Shown here one piece after another: positions 12,016-23,734 of a stretch of 64,000 nucleotides of DNA. The notes under the pieces are model-generated. The model searched no databases and was not told the origin of the DNA. It was given only the letters and a program-made list of their open reading frames with translations. The first letter of the stretch is position 1. Each line of letters begins with the position of its first letter. Made by a program: the position numbers and the translations under genes. Source of the stretch: Callorhinchus milii (taxonomy: Eukaryota). The stretch is from positions 17,050,001 through 17,114,000 of the forward strand of contig NW_024704756.1 of NCBI RefSeq assembly GCF_018977255.1. The letters are read 5' to 3'.

Positions 12016-12350
12016 AATAATAATAATAATAATAATAATAATCCTTGCATTTGATATAGCGTTTTTCACGTCGGGAGGACGTCCCAAAGCGCTTCACAGA
12101 ACACACTGTAAAGTGAATTGACTGTATATTTGTGGGCGAACGCGGCAGCCAATTGCGCACAGCAATGTCCCACAAACAGTCGTAGATTGAAAATGACCAA
12201 TTTATTATTGTTTTTGGTTTTGGAGGGATTATTATTAGGCTCTGTGTGGAGTAAGGAAACTTGCCCAAGGTTTCGCCCTCTGCCTGGAATTGAACTCAGG
12301 TCTCTCACTTGCAACGCGAGTGCTCTAACCACTGAACTACAGGACTCCAC
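12016..12350 (-). mobile_element. SINE family A' (young, internally deleted, L2-type tail)
   Basis: Nearly identical to 22800-23121 and 51834-52169. Confidence 0.92.
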
Positions 12351-12389
12351 AAAGTTCCACAACAACCGTACAGTAAACAAGCAATTTAT

Positions 12390-12634
12390 TTGCATTGTTG
12401 GCCAAGACCCTGAAAGAGAGAGAGAAGCTCCCTTGCCTCATCTTGTTACAGTGCTGTAGGACCCACTGAACAGGCAAATGGGACTTTGGTTTCATGTCTC
12501 ATCCCAAGGACAGCACGTCCAACAAAACAAGTGTCAAACTGGACTGGATGGTGAGCTCACGTTCTGACTGGGGCTTGAACCTATCAGCTCATGACACAGA
12601 GGCCACAGCCCAACTCACTGAGCCGGGCTGACAG
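12390..12634 (-). mobile_element. Deu-type SINE family B, 5' part
   Basis: 5' end tgtcagcccggctcagtgagttg..ggttcaagcccc; gatgagacatgaaaccaaagtccc. Confidence 0.75.
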
Positions 12635-12802
12635 CTGGCTGGCTCTGGGATGGTGGGGTGCGGTGGAGAAGGGATGGGGAAGGGGCTTGGGATTCAGTCT
12701 GGCCGCTTTACAGCAGGACTCGAGAGCCAAGGCCACATCAGAAAGCCAGGACAGCACAGCAATTTCCATATCAGCCACACAGCAATACTGAGGGGAGCAC
12801 AC

Positions 12803-13096
12803 GTCCTGTAGCTCCGAGGTTAGAGCACTCGCTGCGCAAGCAAGAGGACCTGGGTTCGATTCCCTGGCAGGTCAGGGCAAAACCTTAGGCAAGTTTACCC
12901 CCATTATTACCCTGGGAAAAGTGATCCATCAATCACTAACAACCGGGTTCCTACTCACTGATACGTAAACAGAGGCGTGGAGTAAGGAAACCTGCTTAAA
13001 GTTTCACCTCACCCAGGGCCTCACACTTGCGAGGCAAGTGCTCAATGCAGGTGGCCGGTAGCTTTAGATGGACATTGATGTTCCCCTCATAGTCTT
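12803..13096. mobile_element. Tail-to-tail pair of truncated family A SINE heads (+ 12803-12900; - 12903-13096)
   Basis: Plus-strand tRNA head and body start, followed by a minus-strand body and head. Confidence 0.75.
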
Positions 13097-14166
13097 GGGA
13101 TTACTTTTCTAATCCCATTTACACATTAGACACCTCCATTGTGTCACTTTAGAGTTATCTCTTTTCAAAACTGAAGAGCCCCAACCGGTCTGATCATTGC
13201 TCCGAGCTGATTCCTCTAACACTGGAGATCGTCCTCCCTGCTCTCCTCTGCCCTGTCTCGTTGCGAAGGGAGTGGGCGCTGTGTAACCAGTGTGCCCGGG
13301 ACTTTGCCGATAAAAGGGATTTCAAACAGAACGTCACAGCGAGCACAAGAACACTTCACTTCCTCACAGTCATGTCATTCTGTTTCCTTGTCTCAGATTA
13401 AATGTGACAGCTGGGGAAGTGTTCTGACTTTGCTGCTGTTCTGCCCCTGTCAATCCAATTTTGTCTTTCACACTGTTTATTCTTCCTCTGAGGCTTGAAA
13501 TTCCACACAGTCACAACCTGCGTACCCTTTTAGCCTTGAAATTCGAAGTTTGTGCAGCATTGTGCTGTCTGTATTCCTTAAATTCTTCAAATATCCTCAC
13601 TCTTCATTTCGAAGGTGTTTCTTTAGAGTGTGTGTGGGGGGGAGCGAGCACCAGCACAGACACGATGGGGGGAGAGAGAGAGAGCAGGGAATGGGATTAG
13701 AGTAGAGAGAGAGAGAGGTGGTGGGGGGAGGGGGCGGGGGGAGAAATTGTCCTGGCCCAGGGTAAATCTCTCCCTTCACCACTTGGCTGTTAGTGGAACC
13801 TTGCTGTGTGTAGTGACTGTCAAGAAAAAACAGTCACTACACTTGACGTCAATTCAGTGCAAGCCCACTGCATTGACATTGTAGGCACTGTATCAAACAC
13901 TAGGGTTATTACCTTTGGGGCTGCTGTCCCACTCTGTGTTATGGCTCCCCTTTGCCCACAGTGGTTTCAGGGCCACATGAGATGGGTGGTCCGGGTACAT
14001 GTGCGAGAGGTGATGGGAAGCACTGCGTTGGGCAGGGGATCAGTTACTGGCGGTTACAGGGCAGCTCCACAGCTTTTATGTATTAAAATGTCTGAGAGGA
14101 ACAGGACGTCTATTCTTTCATTTATGTTGCATTCCAGCCATTTCACGGAAAGAAAATGGTTAGTAT

Positions 14167-14375
14167 CTGGGGGTGGGGGAGGGAGGGAGTGGGGGGTGGG
14201 GGGAAGGAATGGGGGCTGGTGGGAGGGAGAGAGTGGGGGGAGGGGGGAGGGAGTGGGGGGTGGTGAGAGGATAGTTGGGGGTTGGTGGGAGGGAGTGGGG
14301 GGAGGGGGGAGGGAGTGGGGGAGGGGGGAGGGAAGGAGAGGGAGAGTGTGTGTGAGTCTGGGGAGGAGGGTGGCG
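14167..14375. repeat. G-rich low-complexity tract (G4-prone)
   Basis: Many G3-G7 runs separated by short A/T spacers. Confidence 0.9.
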
Positions 14376-14484
14376 GTGGAGGAGTGTTGTTCCTGTTGCA
14401 GAGCCGGGGAGAGATTCAGCAGATTTGTTTTGATGCCGAGGGTTATCCGAAGGATTGGACAATAATCTGAAGAGGAATATAACA

Positions 14485-14780
14485 GCAGTTGTGGGACTGA
14501 GCACGGAATTGGGTGAGAGTAGAGGGAAGTCTAGGCTGACGTTCCAGCACAGTGCTGGGGACGAGTGCTGCATTGTCGGAGGTGCTGTCCTTAAAAGCAA
14601 GTCTGTGCCTGTTCATGTGGACATTAATGATCCAGCGACGCAATTGGGAAAGAGAGCGGAGTTCCTCTCTCCTGGTGACCTGGTTGACAACCCCCACGAT
14701 ACAATTGGTCATTCATGTCATGGCTGTTTATGGGACCTTGTTCTGTTGGGTAGCTCTTGGCCAGTCACTACACTTTGACA
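14485..14780 (+). mobile_element. Deu-type SINE family B
   Basis: gctgacgttccagcacagtgctgggg..gcattgtcggaggtgctgtc..gtggacattaatgatcc..ggctgtttatggg..cagtcactacactt. Confidence 0.75.
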
Positions 14781-16129
14781 GTGCGGTGGGGTGGGGGGGG
14801 TTTGCGTGTGAAGCAGAAGGTTTATCGGTTCTCTTGCTCTGGTGTAACAGCAGTGTAGGCTGGACAAGGCAAACAGCCTCCTTCTGTGCTGTAAGTTCTA
14901 CTTTCCCACCCAGCGAGTGGTTGGGATGCTGTGGTCAGGTCAGGGAAGACAGTGAGGCAGTGTTAAGGTTCTTGTCTGTTGCTGACTTCAGCCTCACATT
15001 AAACCATTCAGCGAAAGTTTAACATTGTGAATGATTCACCGACATCGAAAGGGGATTGTTTTTAAACAGCATTTGACTTAAACCCTAGAGAAGGGCAAAG
15101 TCTCAACCACCTGCACATCCTTTCAATAGCCAACAGAAATGCTCAGCATTTTATTCCCTTTCCTACAGTAGAAACGGAATTATTCTTAATCTTCATCCTC
15201 AGTGAAATAAAATAATCTTTGCATTTGATATAACACCTTATCACGTCTTCGAGACGTCTCAAAGCGTTTCACAGAATACACAGTTAAAGTGTAGCCAATT
15301 GTGCACAGCGGTGTCCCACAAATAGCTGTGGTTTGAAGTGACCAATTTTGTTTGGGGGGGTATTGCTGACCAGGACAAGGGAAGATGGTCGGATGTGGTG
15401 GTTCGTGGACGAGTTAACTGCATGTCTTGTGCGATATTGAGACTCTGCATCATAAAGCAATACGGTTTTAACCCGAGGCTTTTTAACCCAAACAAAGTGT
15501 GACCAGAGAGTTTCTAAAAGTTGATTTGACTTTCATGGGAAGGAAGAGAAAAAGGAAGATGTATTATACTCCGTGAACGAAGATCTCTCATTGCCAACAA
15601 CCAAGTAATAACTCACAATCAGCACGGAAATTTATTTCAGCCACAAAAGCAGAAACTTTTAGATCTTTGGAAACAACAATAAAAATCTCAACCTGTGATT
15701 AGAGGCAATAGTTAACTGTGACGAGTTCCTGTCTCCAGGATTTGCTTAATATTAAAGCCGGCAATCTGCGCCGGGACTAACCAGCAGCATATGATTTCAT
15801 TTGGGTTTGGTGACACAATGCGGTAATTAGCTGTGCCCCGCTCGGGCGGACGTTAAAAACTCCATGTTGCTATTGGAAAAGAGGAAGGAACTTTCTCTCT
15901 CCCAATGTCCTGACCGACAATCCCCCAGATATAATAATCATTGGCTTCATGGCTCTTAGTGGTATCTTGCTCTGCACAAGCCAGTGGCGTGTATGCCTAC
16001 ACAATACACAGTCACTGCACTTAATGGTGACTGCCAGTGAAGCCCTTTGTGTGGTTTGTTTGCTGTAAAGATGAGAGTTCGCTGGTGGGCTGACTTGTTG
16101 GCGTGTAAGTCAGTAATGATAATAATCTG

Positions 16130-16484
16130 TGCCAGACTATATGGTAAAGTGAATTGACTATATTTTGTGGGTGAAACGCGGCAGCCAATTGCGCACAGCA
16201 GCGTCCCCACAAACAGTCGTGGATTAAGTGAACAAATTATTATTATTGATAGTTTTTGGAGGATTTATTACCCCCCGGAAAGTGATCCCCCAATCGACTA
16301 ACAACCGGGTTCCGAATTACTGCTGGTAAACAGAAGAATGTGGCGTAAGGAAACTTGCCGAAGGTTTCACACTGATCCGCCCGGGAATCGAGCCCGGGTC
16401 CTCTCACTTGCAGGGTGAGCGCTCAATGCTGGTGGCCGATAGCTTGAGATGGACATTGATGGTCCCCTCATAGGCTCTGCAGCC
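16130..16484 (-). mobile_element. SINE family A with foreign 5' leader
   Basis: Family A body and B box; the A-box segment is replaced by a leader shared with 13041-13096. Confidence 0.75.
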
Positions 16485-16514
16485 CGGCATCAATGCCAAG
16501 ACACCCAGAGGTTT

Positions 16515-16800
16515 ACGTTTTCCTTTCAGAGGAGTTGAGTGTGATTGGGCAGGACTGGCTGGCGGGGATGGTGGATGTCGTTCTGGACCTGTGAGTTAAG
16601 ACTCCGTTCCACATGACACACCACTGTGCAGAGCAGCATTGCCATGTGTCTGTGTGGCCACAGCTTCCCTGCCAGCAACCCAGTCACAGCTGTGCCAGGG
16701 CTTTGGTGCAAGAGCCAGGCCAGGCTCGGGCGGGTTGGCCCACGACCTCCACATCAACAGGCAATCTATGGGAGGGTTTCATTTCTTAGACTTCCACCCA
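16515..16800 (+). mobile_element. Possible fossil tyrosine-recombinase fragment (DIRS/Ngaro-type retroelement)
   Basis: Translations give PFRGV../LGRTG and CGHSF...TA..G...LGR, in the order of YR motifs DPFRxGVxIxLGRT and GHSFRIGAATxA..G..LGRW; catalytic residues are degraded. Confidence 0.35.
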
Positions 16801-17329
16801 GGCCCAGGATTCCGCATGTTCTCAGCCCTGTGACTGTTGTCCTTAGATTTAAGGCTCGGGGAGATCGGCAATACACTCCCCATAAAGGCTTCCAAATTAG
16901 GACTGAATTCGGGAATTTCCCAAAATTGTGCACAAGAGACATTCTCTAATCCCATTCCCTGCTCTCTCTCTCTCTCCCCCCATCGTGGCTGTGCTGGGGC
17001 TCACTCCCCCACTGGAGCTCTCTACTCTCACCCCATTCCACTCACTTCATACCGCATTTGTGAGCATTACTGTGTGTAATTTGTCTGCCACATTTGCTAT
17101 AAATACCCATCTCAGTGCACACTTGAGGTCAATTGCGTGTGAAGCCCATAGTCAGTGACGTTCTAAATTCTTATTTATAAGGTTTATTTATTCTTCCCCT
17201 TCACCCCTCGATGTTATATATCCTTATGTGTTTCTCCAACCTCCTTTTAAACACTGTTACACAGTTGGCTTCAACACCGTTTCATTAATCCTTGCACCTG
17301 ATGGAGCAAAGTATGGCTTATCACGTGGT

Positions 17330-17570
17330 CGAAAGCACTTTGGAGGGATTTTCCTGTGAAGTGCAGCGACTGTGTATTCTGCAGGTGAATTAACAACCAA
17401 TTTACAAATCCACATCCCACAAACAGCCAAGCAGTAAACAAACGATTTTATCTGGGGGATTGTCGGCCAGGACAACAGGCGAGAGAGAGACTCCCTTCTC
17501 TTCCTGGACTGAATGAGCTGCAAGAACCTCCGTCGTCTGACTCGAGGAGCATTCCCTGTGAAGCGCTGTG
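17330..17570 (-). mobile_element. Deu-type SINE fragment
   Basis: Reverse complement of gtcctggccgacaatcccccagataaa..ggctgtttgtgggatgtg..cacagtcgctgcactt. Confidence 0.65.
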
Positions 17571-18276
17571 AGGCGTTTAAACTTTGTTTTGGGGATAATG
17601 CAGGAATAATCATGATATCTCGCGCTCCGGCATTCTTTATTTGTGCCCGTCTCTGAGATGCTCTCTGGCTGCAAATACTTCCCCAAGAAAACAATTCTGT
17701 CTAATTTCAGAGCTGATGGGAATAGTTGTGTAATGATGCCTCTGGCACTTGTCTCCCAGCTGCACGATTTGCTCTGCAGCTGCTAAATGTTAAGAAAGCT
17801 GCAAAATGATCCCTTTAGAAGATTTTAAATAAGGTCTTAACCAAAAGCTAAAGGTTCGCTCGCCTTCTCTCTCTCTCGCTCGCTCTCTTCTTTTTTTATT
17901 TTTAGTTTCAATTTGCTTTTTTTCTCTCTTTTCATCCCTCTCCCCCACTCTCTCTCTCGCTCCTCACCCTCTCTCCACCTCGCTTTCTGAGGGGTGTGAA
18001 AGCTGACCGGAGCAATGATGTATTGCTGGCTGGGACCTTATTGTAATCGGCCTGATATCGGGGATGATATTGAACACGGCAAAGGGCAGCCTGGGCTTCC
18101 TGGTGTGTCAGGCTGTGTGAGTTAGTCCTCACAAGGCTGTATGTGTGAGGACCTCCTTGTACTGGCTCCAACACAAACCTCAGGCTGTGGATATCAGCCT
18201 CTCAAACCTGCAGCAATTCCCTGTCTGTCTCTTACACTGGGGAAAGGTCGGAGTTGAGAAACTTAATAATGCAAGA

Positions 18277-18622
18277 AATAATAATTGTTGCTTTGACACA
18301 GCACCTTATCACGTCGGCGAGACGTCTCAAAGCGCTTCACAGGATACAGTGTAAAGTGAATTGACTGTGTATTTTGTGGGCTAAAACATGGCAGCCAATT
18401 GCGCACAGCAGTGTCCCACCCACAGTGGTGGATTGAGTGACCACATGTGTTTTAGCAGAGATTATTACCCCCCGGAAAGTGATCCGCTACGACTAACAAC
18501 TAGGTTCCAACTTACTGCTGGTGAACAGGCGTGTGTATGGAGTAAGGAAACTTTCCTAAGTTTTCACCCTGACCCGCCCGGACCTCTTAGTTGCGAGGCG
18601 AGTGCTCTAATCACTACAGGAC
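18277..18622 (-). mobile_element. SINE family A (full length)
   Basis: Head gtcctgtag..ttagagcactcgcctcgcaa; body, Deu-like 3' part and tail all present. Confidence 0.85.
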
Positions 18623-19109
18623 ATTGGGCTGGTAGGTCAATGGTCCACACGCAGTAGTGACCCCCACCCCACAGGCTTCCTGTCGGTGCCTCTGTGTGTG
18701 AGGAGAGGAGGGTGGGATGTGATACGTGGTGGAGGGTGGATGGGGGAGGTGTTTGGGCCAGGGGCCAATTAACTGGAGTGGGCTGGGCGGGCTGAATGGC
18801 CTTCTCCTTTCCATTTCATCTGCAGAAAATCGAACCCGGAGAGAGCGATCTCCAATGAACTCATTGTTTTTCAAGGCAAAGGCTCTGAGTGATTTAATGC
18901 AAGTTTCAGCTCTTAATAAAGTCATCTTTCACCTTTCCAGTTTCCAGGGATTGTTTTTCTTTGACTGAATGTCACCATTCATGCTCTGTGCCTTGTCTCA
19001 CCTCTGGTGTGTGTGCTTTGCCAGCACAGCCTCTGCTGCTCCCATTGACGTGGATTTGATGTCTTTTCATTCACTCCCAGAAGAGACCTTTAGGATGTTT
19101 GGCCATGTT

Positions 19110-19420
19110 TGGACCTGGGTTCAATTCCCGGGCAGGACGAAACATTTGGCAAGTTTCCTTACTCCACACACCTTTGTTTACCTACCGGTTGTTAGTCGAT
19201 TCGCGGTTCGCTTTTCCAGGATAATAATTCCTTCAAAAAATAATAATTTGGTCACTCAATCCACAACTGTTTGTGGGACGCTGCTGTGTGCAATTGGCTG
19301 CTGCATTTTGCTCACAAAATATATAGTCAATACACTTTACAGTATACTCTGTGAAGCGCTTTGAGACATCTCAACGATTTGATAAGGCGCTGTATCAAAT
19401 GCAAGGAGTATTATTATTAG
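19110..19420 (+). mobile_element. SINE family A (5'-truncated)
   Basis: ggacctgggttcaattcccgggc..gcaagtttccttactccacac..tgtatcaaatgcaaggagtattattatt. Confidence 0.85.
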
Positions 19421-19954
19421 TAGTAGTAGTGTTTCCCTTATTACTCGTATTGATTGATGACGCCCAGTGTACATAGCTCCAGCTTATCTTCTGCGGACCT
19501 CTCCTGGGGACATGTTTTGCAGAATGTCTTCCCCTCAGAGCTGAATGAATCAGATCTCAGCCCCTCTGTAACCTGGTGCCCTAAGGCTGCCTCCCCCAGT
19601 GCCAGGCTGCGCCACTCTGAGCTCCACTATCTGTGTATTTGTTCTGAAACTCATTCCCAGATGGTGGTCAATTCAACTGATTATCAAGAGGCTGAGATAA
19701 GCCAAGAGCAGATATTTGACAGCCACAAACTGTGTGCAATCGGCTGCCCCCAAAATAGAGTCAATTCACTTTACGGTATATTCTGTGAAGAGCTTTCAGA
19801 CGTCTCGAAGACATGATAAGGCGCTGTATCAAATGCCAGGATTATTATTTAGCTCTAGCTGAGCAGCTCTGATGTGCACTACTGTAAAGCAGCTTCATAC
19901 TAGAATAGGAAGGCAACTCACAGGCCTGGCATCAGGGTCTTAATATAGCAATAC

Positions 19955-20230
19955 ATAAGCCTGACATTTGACACCACGCTGTTCATGTCTGGAGGATGTC
20001 TTAAAGCGATTCACAGGGTTTAACTGTCAAGTGTACGTGCATGTTTTGAAGGTGAATGCAGCAGCCAGTTTGCACACAGCAAAGTCCTGTGTTCCCCAGC
20101 AAATAGCCGTGAAGTGAATGATTGATTTTATTTGGGGGATTGTCACCCGGGAGAGAGAGAGAGAAAAACTCCCTTCTCTTTTCCAATAGTGTCCCGGGAC
20201 CTTTAATGTCCACCTGAACAGGTACAGACG
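19955..20230 (-). mobile_element. Deu-type SINE family B fragment
   Basis: Reverse complement of caggtggacattaaaggtcccgggacactattgg..tgacaatcccccaaataaa..gctgtgtgcaaactggctgc. Confidence 0.7.
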
Positions 20231-21236
20231 GGAGGGAGCTTGGCGGGTGAGCCAGGGAGGGGGAGTGGGGGGGGGAGCGAGTGGGAATCCATCTCGTTCT
20301 CATTACAGAAATCAATGAGAACAGACAAAACCCAAATTGTTCTTTTTTTTGTCATTGTTGCTGTTGGGGAAAACAATTGCTGAAAGCAATTAATAAAACA
20401 AAGTATGTAAGCCAGTTATTGAACGAGAACATTAGTGCTGACCGGAGATTGTGAGAATAAATTAACAGAAGCCCACCCCCACCCTGGTCAGTCGCTGGCT
20501 ATTCTGTGCTTTCTCGTGTTCCCCGAGCTGAGATCCCGCTCTCACAAACTGCTAGAGACCCCACTCGCTGAGACATCAGTCACTCAGTCAGACAACAACA
20601 ACAACAAATTGCATTTATAGACCGCCTTTCACGTCAGGAGGACATCCCAAGGTGCTGGGACCCACCATCACACTGGTGACGGTGTAAGAAACTAAAACAG
20701 TGGCAGGAGCAGAAGCTGTCTGGGGGTGGGTATTGAGCGGGGGATGTTGAGGTGGGAGTATTGAAGGTGGGAGGGAGAGCAATTGCTCAGTACCTGTGTG
20801 GCCGCTGATAAAAACATAAAACATTCACCTTTCACCAACGGCAGTGACTGAGGCTTTACTCACTTCCCAAACGCTGTTGGTTTAGTGGCCGGTGACTCAG
20901 CCCATGGCACAGCCACAGCCACAGCACAGCACAGCACAGCACAGCCTGCAGCGGGCTCCAGCCCCCAGCCAACCGCTCCCCGGAGACAGCAGGTGACGGA
21001 GGAGCCTCACTGCTGGTGCGATTGCATCAGAGTGTTGGGAAACGGGAAGTTATTTCAATGGAAACAGGTGATGGGACAGTTATTTTTGGGACAGATGGTT
21101 TCCCGCCCCCCCCGCCCCTCCTACTCTCCCCCACCTCCCACTCGCCCCCCTCCCACTTCCCCCCTCCCACTTTCCCCCCTCCCCCTGCCCCCCCCCCCCT
21201 CCAAGCACCAATGCTCCTCACTGAAGGTTGTCAGTG

Positions 21237-21686
21237 TGTCAGCCTGGCTCAGTTGGTAACACTCTCTCGCCTGTGAGTCAGGAGGTTGTGGTTTCAAGCC
21301 CCCACGTCAGGATTTGGAATCACCTAGTGTAAGCTGACCCTCCAGTGCAGTGCTGGGGGGTGGGGGGGGGTCGCATTGTCAGAGACGCCGTCTTTCAGAT
21401 GAGACGTTAAACCGAGGTCCCGTCTGCCTGTGCAGGTTGATGTTAAAGGTCCCGCGGGGCTATTCAAATAGAGAAGGGAGTTTCTCTCTCTCTCCCGGTG
21501 TCCTGGACAACAATCCCTCAAATAAAATTAGTCACTCACTCTATGGCTGTTTGTTGGACGCTGCTGTGTGCGAATTGGCTGCCATGTTTTGCCCACAAAA
21601 TACAGTCACTCCACTTTACAGTATATTCTGTGAAGCGCTTTGAGACGTCTTGATGACGTGATAAGGCGCTATATCAAATATAAAGG
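21237..21686 (+). mobile_element. Deu-type SINE family B (full length; SacSINE1/LmeSINE1/AmnSINE1-like architecture)
   Basis: tRNA-like head tgtcagcctggctcagttggtaacactctc..ggtttcaagcccc; central block gcattgtcagagacgccgtctttcagatgagacgttaaaccgaggtcccgtctgcc..ggttgatgttaaaggtccc (Deu domain as recalled); shared 3' tail. Confidence 0.85.
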
Positions 21687-21980
21687 GAGAGACGGGGGGG
21701 GAGAGAGCTCCTCTCTTTTCTGTTAGCATCACGGGATATTTAAGGGCTGTAGTTTAATAGCCAGTTTAATGTTGACAGACAAAGGCAGAAACTGGGATCC
21801 TCATCTGATGGACAATGCAGACGTCTCGACAATGTGATAAGTCGCTATATCGAATGCAAGAATCATTATCATTAGGCACTGGAAACTCAGGAATAATATA
21901 TTTTTTAAAAATGACAACAACAAAAAAGATTGCTGGACTCCCAGCTATTCCAGTCAGTTTGATTTAAGTGTCTCTTCTTT

Positions 21981-22195
21981 AATAATAATAATCCTTGCAT
22001 TTGATATAGCGCTTTTCACGTCTTCTAGACATCTCAAAGCACTTCACAGTCTATTGACTGTAAAGTGAATTGACTGTGTAAACAGAGGCGTGTGGAGTAA
22101 GGAAACGTGCCTAAGGTTTCGTCCTCCCCAGAAATTGAACCCAGGCCCCCTCGCTTGTGAGCGAGTGCTCTAACTACTACACTACAGGACTCCAC
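21981..22195 (-). mobile_element. SINE family A with large internal deletion
   Basis: Head and start of body joined directly to the tail (..gcctctgtttacacagtcaattcacttt..). Confidence 0.8.
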
Positions 22196-22799
22196 AAGTT
22201 ACATGACTTCAGACAACGGCAGGAGTGGACTCCGGGATGTTTGTGCAGAGTTTAGCCAAGGTCAGCTTATTGCAAACACTCAGTTGTGTGTTTTTTTTCC
22301 TGTTCAGAAAAAAACAGTAGCAGATTGTAGAGTCAATGAATAAATAAAGTCCTGATTGTTTTTCTACCAGTCAGACATGCAGCAACAAGTTAGGGTCATT
22401 TGGCGACAGTTTGGAGTTTGTGTGATTTCAAAACCCACTCAGCGTTCCTGCTCAATGGTCAGCTCGTTCCCAAGCTCTCCCAGCATCCCGGTTACCCGGG
22501 CTCCCGGCCCCTCAGTATGGCCTCAGATCAGTATCCCTAAACAACGGGAATAACTGAAATACATACTGTAGGTGAGTGTCATAAAGAGGTCAGATCCCTC
22601 TCTGTCTTCCCATCAGTGTCCGATGCCCCAACTCTCGCTCTCTCAGTGGCTAATAGAAGCACTTTGAGACGTCTCAATGGGATGATAATGTGCTAAATCA
22701 AGTGCAATGATTATTATTATTATTGATACCCTTAACTCTTTCTTGATGTCAGTGTCTGATACACTATCTGCTCTCAGTGTCTTACTGTGTGTGTCTCAC

Positions 22800-23121
22800 A
22801 TAATAATAATAATCCTTGCATTTGATATAGCGCTGTTCACGTCGGGAGGACGTCCCAAAGTGCTTCACAGAACACACTGTAAAGTGAATTGACTGTATAT
22901 TTGTGGGCGAACGCGGCGGCCAATTGCGCACAGCAATGTCCCACAAACAGTCGTAGATTGAAAATGACCAATTTAATATTGTTTTTGGTTTTGGAGGGAT
23001 TATTATTAGGCTCTGTGTGGAGTAAGGAAACTTGCCCAAGGTTTCGCCCTCTGCCTGGAATTGAACTCAGGTCTCTTGCTTGCAAAGCGAGTGCTCTAAC
23101 CACTGAGCCACAGGACTCCAC
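22800..23121 (-). mobile_element. SINE family A' (young)
   Basis: Nearly identical to 12016-12350 and 51834-52169. Confidence 0.92.
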
Positions 23122-23734
23122 AGGACTCAGTATCTCACTGAGTGTCTAACTGTGTGCGTTATACTGTGTGTATCTCACTGTGTATCTCACTGAGTGTCTG
23201 CCTGAGTGTGTTATACTGTGTTACTGTGTGTCTCAGTGTGTCTGTAAGTGAAACTGATTAAAATCTACACCATTGAAGTTGGAGTTTGGTGGAAGCAGAG
23301 AACACAAAACTGCATTCTGTCACAGGAAACATAAGAACATTTCCATTCTAATTATTAAATTAAAAGCATTCAGCCCAGTGAAGTGGCCAAAGCAGGAGTG
23401 GAGTGGAGGGGGAGTGCAGTGTTGTACACGCCAACTCTCTGTCCCAACCTTGTCCACACTGTAGGGGGAAGCCAGCCAGGAAAGGCAGCCTGGTCTGCAG
23501 TCATCTCGCTCATGTTAAACACCAAACACTATTCAAAGGAAACACGTGTGTGTTTGTTTTCGTGCCGTTCTCTCTCTCTCTCTCTCTCTCCACACCATCC
23601 CCCATAAAAAGCAAGTGTTTCTTCTAAGTAAAGTAAAGCATTCTGTTTACAAATCCCTTTTATTTATCTCAGTGTTGTTTCCTGTAAGATATTTATTCTA
23701 AAAGATAGCTGTTTGTTATCAGCCAATCTACATA

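Noticed and set aside
11969-12459. Recurrent short ORFs (MGKFPYSTQS.., MTVYLWANAA..) found three times in the window
   Set aside because: Chance frames within near-identical SINE A' copies, not a gene family.
13806-14465. 219-aa ORF
   Set aside because: Extended by a G-rich low-complexity tract; no recognisable domain or splice context.
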